DNA of 60,700 bases, filler included, from Dirinaria sp. TL-2023a (Eukaryota): the NCBI GenBank assembly GCA_051941275.1. It is 11 parts of 11 records of this genome, joined end to end, with 100 filler letters (N's around TTAATTAATTAA, not from the genome) between each part and the next. Parts side by side here need not be neighbours in the genome. Positions count along the whole stretch, not along the records: positions 44,251 to 49,669 come from JAVEBF010001664.1; positions 49,770 to 55,185 come from JAVEBF010001665.1; positions 55,286 to 60,700 come from JAVEBF010001666.1; 8 more parts are not named here. One strand, written 5' to 3'. Position 1 is the stretch's first letter; every line of letters begins with the position of its first letter. Made by a program: the position numbers and the translations under genes. Below, in pieces: positions 47,356 to 59,763 of the stretch. Under the pieces are notes generated by a model. That model was not told where the DNA came from and did no database searches. It saw only the letters and a list, made by a program, of their open reading frames with translations.

Positions 47356-48220
47356 AAAGGGATCATCTCATTATGCTTTTGCAATCATAAGCATGGTGTT
47401 GGTGGGCACATAGTTATTCTATCATCTGTTTTGCATGGAGCCGGCATTGTTTTGGCGATAACGCCGATATTGGCATTGCGGTATCTACGCCTCGGTACCT
47501 CTCACTCGCATGTGCTCAATGATCTTTGAAGCATGTTAAAACAGACTTCAGTGTACTAGCTAAATGAGTCGATATGAACAGCAAGCACAGAGTACTGCGC
47601 AAAATGCTGAGCAGAGTCACGATGCTGGCCCAACTACTTAGGAGGAGGGACCAGCATACTCGGACGGACAGCAATGGAAGATATCTCCGATAGCTCTGAT
47701 GATGACATAGGCCATAGCAACGGTGTGCACTCCAGCCATGGTTGTCAGATCTACGATAGCATCGATTCCTCTACCGGTGAATTGTCTCAATGCTCGGGCT
47801 GGTAACAACGTCAGCTTCCACTGCAGCAAGATTAGCCTTACCAAAACCGTTTGTACCCATCTTTGTTTGAGCGCACGTAAACGGGAGAACGTTGCCTTCG
47901 CAAAAGGATCGAACAAAGTGCTGCCGATTGTGCGGCCAGTCTTCCGGTCAAAGAGAGCAAGTGCCGACGAGGAGAAGGGTTTTGATGCGGCCTACGACGC
48001 TACCAATGCCAACAAAGGGTTGCTTCAGAGACTGTCCACAAGCAATTGGAATGTGCGCTCTATACTAGCCGTTTCAATACCAAGCCGGCTTCCAGTTCTC
48101 AGTCAAGCCTTGTCTAGTCCACCCACTGGAGATGGCTATCATCTTCCGAGAGTGCTATGAAGGTTTAAGAATCGCTAATCTCTTCATCAGCCGCGTAGTT
48201 TCGAAGTGTTTGGCGCTGGG

Positions 48221-48227
48221 TGAGTCA
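48221..48227. promoter_or_regulatory. Candidate Gcn4/CpcA site TGAGTCA
   Basis: Perfect consensus about 655 bp upstream of the LYS9 ATG; a 7-mer, so it could be chance. Confidence 0.3.
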
Positions 48228-48881
48228 AGACACATTGCGCGTGGGCACTTAGAGGAGTTAAGGGACAAATGTTGATATGAGCGTCAAATGCTGCAATGGG
48301 GATGCTGTAGGTCACTGCACTCGCGATTGCTGGAAACCTTAATGGAGCGAACTCCTATCCCGCAACTACAGGCAATGTAGGTCCACTGCTGGAGGCACGA
48401 AGCCAGCTTCCGCTCAGAACGTGGAGAGCAAGAAGTACAATGTAGATAGGCCACTCCACGAAGGAATGACCAAAGGTGTTGCAAAGAGAATGCCCATCAG
48501 GTGGCGTCGAACAAATAGATGAAGGAGACAGATCAGCCGGCAGTAGATTCTGAAACTTGACAAGATATATCATATTTCAAGGTGCCTCTGAAAGACCAAG
48601 AAATATGTGTGACTTCTGGCAGGCGCGATGTATTCCGCTCCACTTCACAGTCTACATCTTACAGGCTGAGAGGAAAGAGGTTCCATTTTCTTGAACTATT
48701 CCGTAAATGGTTCGCTTAACCCTTATCTTATCTACCAAGACCGTGCGGGTCTTCAAGTTTTTAATGTTCACCCCACTAAGGTACTGCGTGATTGAGCTTG
48801 TGCGTACTTTATAGTGTACCAATATCAGGAGTAACCAACAAGTTTCCTCGAAAAATCAACGTCGCTGCTATAGAAGTAGAT

Positions 48882-49669
48882 ATGGCGACCTCGAAGTAGC
48901 GTTGACCGTGCCCGAATGACTACGGCATCCACTGATGTCCAATTGCAGGAAAGTTCTCCTCCTCGGCAGCGGTTTTGTCACCAAACCAACCCTTCAGATC
49001 CTCACAGAAGCCTCTATCTCTGTCACCGTAGCATGTCGTACCCTCGAATCTTCCAAAAAGCTCTGCCAAGGCTGCAAGAATGCCACGCCCATCAGCCTCG
49101 ACGTCAATGATGCGGATGCGCTGGATGCAGAGGTTGCGAAGGTAGACGGTTGGTTTTGATGTTGTGAATACAAGGCATTTGGACTCATGATAGGGTAGTC
49201 GTGATCAGCTTGATCCCATATACGTACCATGCGACGGTTATCAAGAGCGCTGTGAGGAAGAAGGTGAACGTGGTCACGTTAGTGCAAAACGGATACTCAT
49301 CGTGGACGATGCGCTGAGGACAATTCCAGGACAAGCTACGTCTCGCCAGCTATGATGGAGCTTGACAAGGGTGCGAAGAAGGCTTTTCGATACAATTCGA
49401 TCAGAACTGAAACTGACTGCTGGCGCAGAAGTCAAAGAAGCCGGCATCACCGTCCTGAACGAAGTGGGATTAGATCCGGGCATTGACCATCTTTACGTAT
49501 GTTGCGGTCTTCTGCAGGAATCCCCATAATCTATCCTTCAATGGCAAGCTGAAAATGCGCAGGCCATCAAGACCATCTCCGAAGTCCACAAAGCCGGCGG
49601 CAAAATCACCAGTTTCACATCCTACTGCGGCGGCCTTCCAGCTCCAGAAGCAAGCGACAATCCACTCGG
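48882..49669 (+). CDS. LYS9: Saccharopine dehydrogenase (NADP+, L-glutamate-forming), 3'-truncated, at least 6 exons
   Basis: MATSK|KVLLLGSGFVTKP, VTVACRT, VVISLIPYTYH, TTSYVSPAM, NEVGLDPGIDHLY and SYCGGLPAPEASDNPL. Confidence 0.95.
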
Positions 49670-49769
49670 NNNNNNNNNNNNNNNNNNNNNNNNNNNNNNN
49701 NNNNNNNNNNNNNTTAATTAATTAANNNNNNNNNNNNNNNNNNNNNNNNNNNNNNNNNNNNNNNNNNNN
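49670..49769. other. Artificial contig spacer
   Basis: N44-TTAATTAATTAA-N44. Confidence 0.99.
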
Positions 49770-50977
49770 GCTGGGGGGCTTTGGAGCCTCATGTTAGGCG
49801 ACCCGCGTCTTTCAGATGTGGGCAAGTGCCAAGTTGCCAACCACCAGCCGTCATTAAACGACCCGCGCCAAAAAAAGCCCCCCAATTCGGGGAAATATGC
49901 CCACGCGTGCTGAAGCTTGTAAATCGGCCAGTGGCAGGTCATGGCTTGGAACTCACCATGGCCTCAAACTACTATGGGATGGACTTCTCAATGCGCTTTC
50001 CGAGATTGAAATTGATGTGAACTCCATGACGAAGCCGCGAGCGATTGCAGATGATTTAGCATCATCTCAGTCAGTAAATTGGAACGATAGAGTCCCACAA
50101 ATGACACGCGAAACTTGACGCCAGAAACATACAAATCATGCTAGGAGGGAAGATTAATGGAGTATCATCTCTCTACTCTCTATTCCACCTGAAGGGTATC
50201 CCGTAATTCGTTGTAGTCTCGACGCGGAATGGAAGCCACATCAATTCCTAACAGCGCGGAGGAGATGTGAAAGATCGACTAGTGAGAGAGTATGAAAAGA
50301 CTAAATATTAATGAAAGAAACGGAAAGTACTTCCCGTCCAAGATCCACTATTCGGAGCCCGCTAAGCCACGGTAACTACCTTAAGTAGGCGGAGTGACTG
50401 TCGCACTGTCTCACATCGCATATTTGTTTTGTACGAGCAAATTGAAATGAAAGAGCTTCCACGGAAGTACTGCCTTTTTTAGAGATGATACCCAGGCAGT
50501 AGAAAAATAAGATAGCTGTATTGCGGGTATCAGACTGTTCGTATGAAAACGTCCTCAAGCTTTGAAAGTACCATATCTTAACAATGATTGTCATTCCCAC
50601 TTTACCACTAATGGTTTGTGAGTCGTGCTTACTTAGTAACGACTGCTGTCAGACCCAGGTTGGCCCATCAGACAGATCTTCTTCAAACACCTCAGCTCCA
50701 TTGAGCATCTTAATGGCTTGCTCAACGCAGGCACAGTAAACTGACGGCATATCGGGAGAGGACATAAGGTATTGTGTGACGAATATTCATGTTATTCCGA
50801 TGAGCCGTACAAGGTCCCGCAGTATTTAGACTCTAGGTGCCAACATAGCTCGAGGGAATATAGGATTTCTGTAGTTATTACTGAAAGCCATGCTTGTGAG
50901 GCGCTTTACCTAAGGCTATTGAAAAACACTGCGGCAGCCATGCTGTCTCAGCGGTTCAGAACCTTGATCGGTATCCA

Positions 50978-51287
50978 AAATGACAGTCCCGTCAAAAGAG
51001 ATTATTCATCAAGAACGAGAGCTGTAAGTCATCACGCTACCAATATCTAAGTTTTTGTTATCTCTCTGTCAGGCTGAAACCAGGAAAATAATACTTTCAG
51101 ATTCCAAAGGCAGTCCTACGGTGCCCTAGTGGTCAAACCCGATTTTAAAAAGCGCTGTGCCTTTCCTAAGGTAAGGTAAGGAACTTCGAAACTCTCGCGC
51201 TAACCAGTTCCAGATTTTTGCTGGACTTTCGTTGGGTTGTAATGAGAAAAATAATACTTTCAGATTCAAATGACAGTCACGTCAAAA
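50978..51287 (+). repeat. Dispersed 20-bp direct repeats upstream of SCM3
   Basis: AAAATAATACTTTCAGATTC at 51085-51104 and 51248-51267; AAATGACAGTC(C/A)CGTCAAAA at 50978-50997 and 51268-51287. Confidence 0.85.
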
Positions 51288-51524
51288 TCAATTGTCAGTC
51301 CCAGGGCCCAGGGGTCAAAATCGATCGGAAGAAGGCGCCGAGGGGTAACGCTTCGGAAAATCACTCGGCCCAAGACAACAACCATGAGCTGCGCTTTACC
51401 GCATTGGTAATTTACCTACGCGACTACCTTGGCGCGTCTGTATACTTTACTATAGGCATCGAGAAACACAGGGAAGCGTTGTCTACATCCTGTGATATTC
51501 ATCGTCTTTTCGATTCTGTCGCGC

Positions 51525-53504
51525 ATGCCTGTCATGGATGACTACGTCATCGCAGATAGGCCTTCCAAACGCCGTCGTATTAGCTATGAAAGTCGCGACA
51601 GAGACCTTGAAGAGAAGCGACATCGCAATGATCTACGTTTGAAGTCTCATTTTGAATCGATATTCGAAAAATATGGCAAAGACTTTGCCGAGACAGCAGA
51701 TGAAATAGATCTCGAGACTGGACAAATAGTCGTTGACAGGGGTCATCTACTTGCAATGACCGACGAAACAGACACCGGCCACACCCTTCTCTCAAGTAGT
51801 CATCAGCTTTCCGACTACTGTACTGCAGCTGAGGAGCGGGATGAGCAAGAGACAGATTACCTTGAGAGGGAGGAAGACGAAGAATTAGCTTCGTCATCCG
51901 CTGACGAATTGAACGCGGAGTCTATCGTTAGCGGCTTGAGCCCGGCAAGAGATCGAGTAAATACATCCAAGCATTTCCTTCACAGGACCTTTCATAAAAG
52001 CGCTGACAGGCTTCAGCATCGCCACAAGGGCCCCGGTCGTCCTTCGTTAAAGTTCCCTGTCTCTGACTATCAACCCAATGGCACCGAGACGAAAGCAACT
52101 GCCCCTTGTGCTGAGCGCCGATTCATACGTACAAGCGAGCCAGCGATAGAGCTCGCATGGCAAGTTCCGCCATTACCCACTGACAGGCGACACGATATAC
52201 ATGCCCCAGAAATTCGGTTGCAGCATTCAGGAGAGATGAGCCGGAAGCGGTCTCCATCTCCGGATCAAGGTTCCTTATGGGCCTCAGCTGGGAGGCGTGG
52301 TCGTTCAAATCGGTGGACCCGGGAAGAAGACAATCTTCTACGCCACCTGCGAACAACTACGAATTACACCTTCTTAGAGCTGCAACATTATTTTCCGGAA
52401 CGGAGTAAGTTCAGTATCGCCGTTCGGTGGTCACAAAAATTGGGTGGAAGCAGAGCAAATCATCCTCACAGTTGCGACAGTCCTATCAGTCCTCGACCGT
52501 CAACAAAAACTGGGAAGGTTGCGCAGCCGACCCACCAAGAGTGTTCCCCCTCAGGACAGAGTAAACCTTGCAAACCTCTAGTAATAGAATCCGAAGCTCC
52601 TATTCCCTCGAAATTTGACAGCGAAGATGATTTAGAGGGCCAGTGTGTACAAAGGAAGACGACATCGCAGCCGTGGCATGAGAGCGTTGAAAAGCACCAA
52701 CAGAAATTGTCCGATGCACACACCGGAGAAGCGTCACCTAGCAATGCTCGAAAGCTCGGACGTTCTGCTAGCGGGTTACAAAGCAGCTTCTCTGAAACTC
52801 ATAAGGTTCTCGGCAACTCCTCGGGGCACTGTCCACAACCGGCCAGAAAGCGCTCAACCCTCTTATCCCTCACTAGTAAGCCTCGGTCAGAGAAGATGAA
52901 ACCTAATGCTCAAGGAATTTTGGCTGCACAGGAGACCCCACCCGCCAAAGACCTGAGTAATAAATACGCGCCTGTTTCACGAGGCAGCATCAGAACCAAA
53001 GATAATCGGGCTGCCATAAATCGCGAGAGTTCGTCCTGCACTGCTTTGCCTAAACAGAAATCGCCCATGATTTCATCGCAAACCCCAAAAGCCTTAACGC
53101 TCTCTTCACCCGTCCCCTCTAAGCACAATCCGCAGATCTCGAGGTCTTCCGGTATTCGCCCGCTAGAACAGAAGCCTAGAAGTCAAAGTCGTTCGCTACT
53201 AAAAACTCCAAGCGAGGTCGATAAGCATCCTTATTCAGATAGCTGCGAGCTGGGCCTCGATCTTTCTTGCCATGCTTCGTTGACCACTCCTGAACAAGAT
53301 CAACGCAGAAGCATGAAGACACCATTGCCTTTGCGACCTGGGAAAAGGGCCATTTCCAATGCTGGCGGGGGTTCCAGGCCTCAACCCACACAGATCGATG
53401 AAGGAAGCGAAGATGAGCTTTCGACACCAATCAAGACTGTTGGAGCTCCCCAAAATCTACTAGTCAAAGCTGTGGGAAGCAAACGAAGAAAGATATCATT
53501 GTGA
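51525..53504 (+). CDS. SCM3: Centromeric histone (CENP-A) chaperone Scm3 with a Myb-like domain (659 aa, intronless)
   Basis: Scm3 motif RHRNDLRLKSHFESIFEKYGKDFAETADEIDLETGQIVVDRGHL; Myb-like RWTREEDNLLRHL...FPERSKFSIAVRW; basic NLS-like ends. Confidence 0.85.
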   Translation: MPVMDDYVIADRPSKRRRISYESRDRDLEEKRHRNDLRLKSHFESIFEKYGKDFAETADEIDLETGQIVVDRGHLLAMTDETDTGHTLLSSSHQLSDYCTAAEERDEQETDYLEREEDEELASSSADELNAESIVSGLSPARDRVNTSKHFLHRTFHKSADRLQHRHKGPGRPSLKFPVSDYQPNGTETKATAPCAERRFIRTSEPAIELAWQVPPLPTDRRHDIHAPEIRLQHSGEMSRKRSPSPDQGSLWASAGRRGRSNRWTREEDNLLRHLRTTTNYTFLELQHYFPERSKFSIAVRWSQKLGGSRANHPHSCDSPISPRPSTKTGKVAQPTHQECSPSGQSKPCKPLVIESEAPIPSKFDSEDDLEGQCVQRKTTSQPWHESVEKHQQKLSDAHTGEASPSNARKLGRSASGLQSSFSETHKVLGNSSGHCPQPARKRSTLLSLTSKPRSEKMKPNAQGILAAQETPPAKDLSNKYAPVSRGSIRTKDNRAAINRESSSCTALPKQKSPMISSQTPKALTLSSPVPSKHNPQISRSSGIRPLEQKPRSQSRSLLKTPSEVDKHPYSDSCELGLDLSCHASLTTPEQDQRRSMKTPLPLRPGKRAISNAGGGSRPQPTQIDEGSEDELSTPIKTVGAPQNLLVKAVGSKRRKISL

Positions 53505-53705
53505 TGATACAGTCAATTTGTGCTGGCGAAAGTAGTCTCGACCAACGAGGAAAGTAGCTGGAACAGCTTGGCCCGTTCTAGTTGACTCTCGAGCATTTCG
53601 ATCGAAGGGGAAACGATTGTATGGGTGCTCAAGCCAACTTCACCCGCGTCGTGCCCTTGCCTTTCTTCTCGGTAGAGAAGTTGATAGTTGGCTGGATGTC
53701 ATTTT

Positions 53706-55185
53706 TCACTCGTTGCAGTTTAGAATGTCGTCCAAGCTGCTGCAAGCCTGTCTCCCAGCGTCTGTCGCCTCGGCCCAGAATCTAGAAAGATATCTGGAAC
53801 CCGAGTCGCACAGAATCGTGACAATTCTATGCCCAGGGCCTAGCATTCGAGCTACCTTTATTGCAGCGACACCTACAACCCATAAGAAAATAGATCTTAT
53901 TCAACATCTGCAGCGAACACTCACAGTTCACACAGCTGCTGCTTCCTACAAAGATGCCATCGTTCTCGACCAGCCATCTTGCCATCGCTAACGCCTGCTC
54001 ATCAGTAACTTTCATCGCGTCATCCACGAGCTCTCTCCCTGCCTCGAAGTTCGCTGTGACTCGATTGATGCCTATGCCTTCGACAATCGAATCGATCTGC
54101 TGCCGTCTCCTGGTACCTTCCTTTTCTTTCTTGTTGAACATTACTCCGTATTTGATGCGGTTGTACAGGCCGCTACCCTGCGGATCCGCCAGCACAATTT
54201 GCAAATCAGGCAGCCGCGGCTTCAAATATCGCGCCACCCCTGCGATAGTCCCCCCAGTACCTGCACCGGCTACGAATGCATTGAGCTTTCCATCACACTG
54301 TGTGTATATCTCTGGTCCGGTCCCGTCGAAGTGTGCCAGCCAGTTCGCCTCGTTTTCGAACTGATCGGCAAAGTACCCACGACCTCGCTTGGCCGGGTCA
54401 GCCGTATGTTCGGCAGCAAGCGAACGTGCGCGGTTGACGAAGTGCATGGGATCGATGATCGGGGCAGGGGGAACGCGTTCGACTACGGCGCCAAGTTTAC
54501 GGAGGAGAGAGGATTTCTCCAGAGACACGTCCGAAGGCATGCAGATGTACGCGGTGTAGCCTCTAGCTCTACAAACTGTTGCGAGAGAGATCCCCGTCGA
54601 GCCCACGGTGCCTTCGTATATCATATCGCCCGAGTTTGGCGTGAGCAGACCTTGCTGTTCCGCCTGTATGCAATAGGAAATAAGGTAACGCATTAGCTAG
54701 TTTCCAAAACATTTTTTTTAAAAACAAACTTTTGGTCCTTCCCCCCTCGATTGTGAAAACGTTGTTAGAAGCAGCGGCAAGGCAAAAGAAAAAAAAAACA
54801 AGAAAAAGAAAGTAAGCATATTGTTCACCGTGACAATCATCTTCAACGCAACCCGATCTTTCGGACTGCCGCCAGCCCCATTCATGAACTCCGCCTTCCC
54901 CAGTATCTCGCACCCGGTCTCTTGACTCAAGCTCTGGATCCGAAACAAGGGCGTGTTACCCACGCAGCTTTCCAATCCTTCGCCTATCCCTATGTCCCTC
55001 CCTCCTTCATCATCTTTCTCTGACTCCCACTCCGACTCTTGATCCACCAGCTCAATACCTCCCCTTGCTCTTCCTCCCTTGACACCAGTCCCGCCATCCT
55101 GCCCCGCTCGCCCCCAGCTCCGGTACAAGAATGGGATCAAAGGGCGGAAATAAGGCGTTAGGGACGGGAGGGACAGGGTTAGGAG
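53706..55185 (-). CDS. MCY1: Cysteine synthase 2 (PLP-dependent, Mcy1/Cys12-like), 5'-truncated (exons >55185-54829, 54663-53925, 53872-53706)
   Basis: VGNTPLFRI, KAEFMNGAGGSPKDRVA (PLP Lys), EGTVGSTGISL, DQFENEAN, GAGTGGT, VEGIGINR and ILCDSGSRYLSRFW. Confidence 0.9.
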
Positions 55186-55285
55186 NNNNNNNNNNNNNNN
55201 NNNNNNNNNNNNNNNNNNNNNNNNNNNNNTTAATTAATTAANNNNNNNNNNNNNNNNNNNNNNNNNNNNNNNNNNNNNNNNNNNN
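55186..55285. other. Artificial contig spacer
   Basis: N44-TTAATTAATTAA-N44. Confidence 0.99.
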
Positions 55286-55604
55286 GGTGGAGGGGGGATG
55301 ATTTGTTGTGAACGCTTTTTTCTTGATACCATTTTACTCGATGTTCGTCCGGGACCATTATGATATTATTGGAAACATGCATCATTGAAGCTAACTCTGT
55401 GCGGGGGCACTCCGCCTATGTGCTTGGTAACTACACTCGACTCCAAATTTTTGATCCAGGAATGAAGCTTACACGTGAGTAGGAAGACACCAATAATGTA
55501 CCTTATGCATAGCACACAAACCCTTCAGAGCCGTCAACTCCGCCAACATGCATTTTCTCATACCTGGGTCTCCGGACTTGAAAGCGCATGACACGTGTGC
55601 CTTT

Positions 55605-56574
55605 TTATAAGATCGGACACGGCCTCTTCTTCGTCTTCTTGGCCTTCCCACTTATCCCCGCACCGAGCATCGCGTTTTGTCTCTGCGCTGCTTCTCGCGC
55701 TTTCTTCACCTCCAACTCCTGCCCTACCGCGGTGTTCACGGCGAGTTCGAAGACCTCGTCGACGTTCTGCGCCTCTTTACTGCTGCATTCGATGTACTGC
55801 GCGCCCATGCGCTTTGCAACTGCCTGGCCTTGCTCCGGCGTTACAGGTGTCAGTCCTTGTGTCTTGAGCATCTCAATGCAGGAGCGCTTTGTCCGCAGGT
55901 CCGACTTCAGGCCAACAAGGATCAGAGGCGTCGTGGGACAGAAATGGAGGACTTCGGGGTACCACTTTGTAGAGAGTCAGCAGCGCATTCTACCCTAAAG
56001 AGCTGGTCGTGAAAGGAAAATGGAACCGACCTTGTCCATGATGTTCTCCAATGAGTTCGGGCAATCAATGGCGAAGCACACGAAAAGGAGGTCTGTCTCT
56101 GGGTACGATAGGGGCCTCAGGCGGTCATATTCCTCTTGTCCAGCCGTATCCCACAGAGCTAGCTCGACCGTCTTGCCGGTCGGTTGATGCGTGGTGTGAG
56201 AGATGTAATTCTCGAATACCGTGGGTACGTACTTCTGTTGCTGGCCTTAGCATTGCGTTCCACGTGAATCTTGTCCATCTCACCTCGGGAAAGTATCCTT
56301 GACTATAGCTGATCAAGAGACAAGTCTTCCCACATCCTCCGTCTCCTACGACCACGAACTTCTTGGAGAACGAAGGAGGTTGCGTTATGTTTGTGGCGGC
56401 GGAGATGGCTGAGTTGCTGGTGGCTGTACTGAGCGTGCCATCGCTAGTCCTTGTGCTATGGTTCCTGACTGGCTTTCTTCGTGGAGATATTGAGCCTACG
56501 GTGCTTCCAAGATCGTTTCGCACTGAACGGCCCCGTCGCAGAAAATCGTAATTTTCAGTGTTGGGCTGAGACAT
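55605..56574 (-). CDS. RHO4: Rho4 small GTPase (exons 56574-56284, 56234-56031, 55964-55605; 284 aa)
   Basis: N-terminal extension, [54 protein letters not shown] and a polybasic tail ending in the CAAX box CPIL. Confidence 0.94.
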
Positions 56575-56956
56575 GTTGATTGCCTCTGTTGAGAATGTTG
56601 CGGAGCAAATGATGGCGTCAGCGCAGTTGCTTGATCGCTAAGTCCTATGCTGATGCTTTTTAATATGCACAGGAAATGCAAATTTTTCCAATGGTAGAAG
56701 GTGAAGATTGATAAAATCACCACAGGTGGACATGCCATGGGTGATGTGCTTGTGGAGTAAGGAAACCTTGAGTGTTTGGCGCCGTTGCGCGGGGCGATTA
56801 TCTCTGCGTTATCTGATCCGTCTGATTTGGTCAGCGGCCCGACTCTCCGAAGCTGACACTCCTACGAAATTGCATCTTGGCAGGCTCGGAAGGCTCAAAT
56901 GTAAAGTATGTTGGCTAAGCTTCAACGGCCGCCGGAGGAAGAAAGGAAAACGCCAG

Positions 56957-58844
56957 ATGAGGCATCCGAAAGACGCCGATGGAAGGTTGCCCCCACCTGT
57001 CGATTTAAATACCAGTGCGAAGGCTCCCAATGGCACGCCCAAAACACCGAGAAAGCCGGATGCTGGGCTAAGGAGTCAAGATCACTGTTGTTCCCCACCA
57101 TTATGATCAGGAGCTCGTAGGTTGATTGAGAACAGACAAGAGTCGGCTTCCAAGCTGGCGCTATCGTCCACGACAATGGCTACTACCGGTCGTGCGCTGG
57201 GAAACGCCCTATCTCGCGATCCTGCAAACTTATACACGCTGCTCGGGTCTCGATACCTATTTTGCAGTCACTGCGAATCTTGGCACTCATACCTTCTTCA
57301 TGATCATTCTCCCTATACTCTTCTGGTGCGGCTATACCAGCTTGGGTAGAGGGTATGCGCCATTCAACCTCGTTTGTGCTGTGCTTACATCTTCTAGTAT
57401 GGTACATGTTCTGGCTTCCGGAGTCTTCTTCAGCGGTTTCTTGAAAGACCTTTTATGCATCCCTCGTCCACTTTCACCTCCGCTCCAGCGTATCACCCTT
57501 TCCAGCACCACGAGCCTTGAATACGGATTTCCATCCACGCATTCCACAAATGCTGCTTCTGTCGCAGTATACGCACTCTTTTTCCTGAATTCGCCTGGCA
57601 CAGGCATAGACTACCGATTCAGCATTGCTTTGCAATGCCTCTCGTGCGCATATGTACTCTCAATCGTTCTAGGAAGGCTCTATTGCGGCATGCATGGCTT
57701 CTTCGATGTTACCATTGGTACTGCTTTGGGAGCACTTATATCTGTCATTCAATGCGTTTACGGAACCTACCTGGATGATTACATTCACAATGGCTCATAC
57801 CAAGCACTTCTTATCGTCGTACTCATCATCCTTGTCCTCGTCCGCATCCATCCTGAGCCTGCAGATGACTGTCCTTGTTTCGACGATAGTGTGGCTTTTG
57901 CAGGTGTCATGATTGGCGTTGAGGTAGGATGCTCTCATTACGCACGTAGTGGCCTTGCTTGGGATCATCCTGTTCCCGCTACCGCTCCTTTTCGACTGGA
58001 GGAGGTAGGAATGTTTAAAGCTACTTTGCGTATTGTCGCCGGTGTTTTCGTTGTATTTGCCTGGAGAGCATTGATGAAGCCTACGTTGCTCAAAGTCTTG
58101 CCCCCGGTGTTTCGCGTAATAGAAAAATTGGGGCTGAATCTGCCGAGACGGTTCTTTAAGCAAGCTTCGTAAGTCAAACATCGAATTTAATTGTCACTAG
58201 CTGATGGGTTCAATAGTGAGTACAAAGAGGTGCCGAACGATCTCAAAGATGACAGTGTGATCCCGTACGTCTCAGAGATCCCGTCATTGCTGACATCGAT
58301 TCGGCATCCCCGACGAAGCCGTTCCGTCTCCGTCGGCCCGCAGTCGCAAGCTGATGCTTATGAGACTTTGGCATATCGAGAGAAGCGTCGAAGGGAGAGT
58401 ACCTCCGAGATGGCTTCTGCCAATCCTGTAGTAGCAGAGGAGCCCAGCAGTAACGGAAGACCTTCCGGATATTTTGATGTCAAAGCTCACAATGGCGATC
58501 CGGCACGAATCCCGATGTCAGCTCAAATACTGACCCAAGCTACTTCAAATATCGATCTCTATCAACAAATGATGGAAGCCGATATCGCTGTTGCAAGTCC
58601 CCTAACACCGGCAAGCGAAACAAGTTTAATTGCCCCAATGAGTCGTCAGCCCAGCGAGGATCGCCGACAATATGAGAAGGACGAGAAGGAATTGTTTTCC
58701 CAATTACAAAAACCCAGAGTGCGATACGATGTCGAAGTGATTACAAAACTCATTGTTTACACCGGAATCGCCTGGATCTCGGTCGAAGGCAATCCTATTC
58801 TATTCGACTATCTAGGCCTTGGGATGAATAATCCTGGAGGTTGA
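56957..58844 (+). CDS. LCB3: Sphingoid long-chain base-1-phosphate phosphatase, PAP2 family (exons 56957-57086, 57136-57352, 57398-58168, 58217-58844; 581 aa)
   Basis: DAGLRSQDHY, LGTHTFF, KDLLCIPRPLSPP, EYGFPSTHS, GRLYCGMHGFFD, PCFDDSVAF and RYDVEVITKLIVY. Confidence 0.93.
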
Positions 58845-59763
58845 ACACTGCAAGAAGATTCCAATCTGACGAGAATCATTATGCAAGTAAAAAGCTGTTC
58901 TTACCTTTGGGAGGGATTCGACGGAATGGAATTATGTCCTCAGCTAATTGCGGCTATCTCTTGGACGTTTAGGGTAAGTCACCACGAGTTCTGAGTTCTC
59001 AGTCGCCGTATACAGGCCACTGTGAACTTTTCAGCCAGGATTCATTGGAGACGCAGTATCACCGCGAGGATAGTCAAACAGTGGATCACAGCTTGGTCAA
59101 AAAGCCTGGACTTCGAATTCCACTGCGGTGTCAAAGCTCGGAGACAGGTCGCTATTGGTCGACGCCTTGATAAAATCGGCTTCAGTTCGCTCTTCTACAT
59201 CCGAGCTTCACGTCACGCTACAAGAGCAGAAAGTGGACCAAAGCGGCCACTTCTCAATTGTGTTCCCTGGCTTGGGAAAAGATAGGCGCAGAAGATTGGA
59301 TGAAATGGTAAGCTGGGAGAGCAAGTGATCGCGAGCTCGGAATGAAATAGCGTATCTTGTCAGTGATGTATTTAGCCGTTGGCGACATTACGCAAACAGG
59401 GCATAAGGGGCAAAATAGAAAATAGACAATTCGGCTCAGGCTGTTGTAAAGAAACATAGTTGATGTCTTAGTAATGTCTATCAGTTATAGCAGCTGTAAG
59501 GTAACCCTAAAGACTGGACTTGAAGACCTTCTCGTGCGCATCTTAGCATATGTGTTGCATTTGTTTTGGATTCCTTGTAACCTCGGACGTCCTAGCACCG
59601 AAAATATCTCTCTACCTATGTGTTTTATGTCTACTTTAGGCTGATCGTTGCATTTTTGAGCACTGCATCTCTACACTTAATGCTGATATATCAATTTCCA
59701 ATCTCTTTCTACCTACATTAAAATCCTTCAGGAATAGCCCACCTTGCAGCAAGCAATACTAGC

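Noticed and set aside
47638..48573. ORFs of 66-145 aa between KIN17 and LYS9
   Set aside because: No recognisable domain and no consistent splice model.
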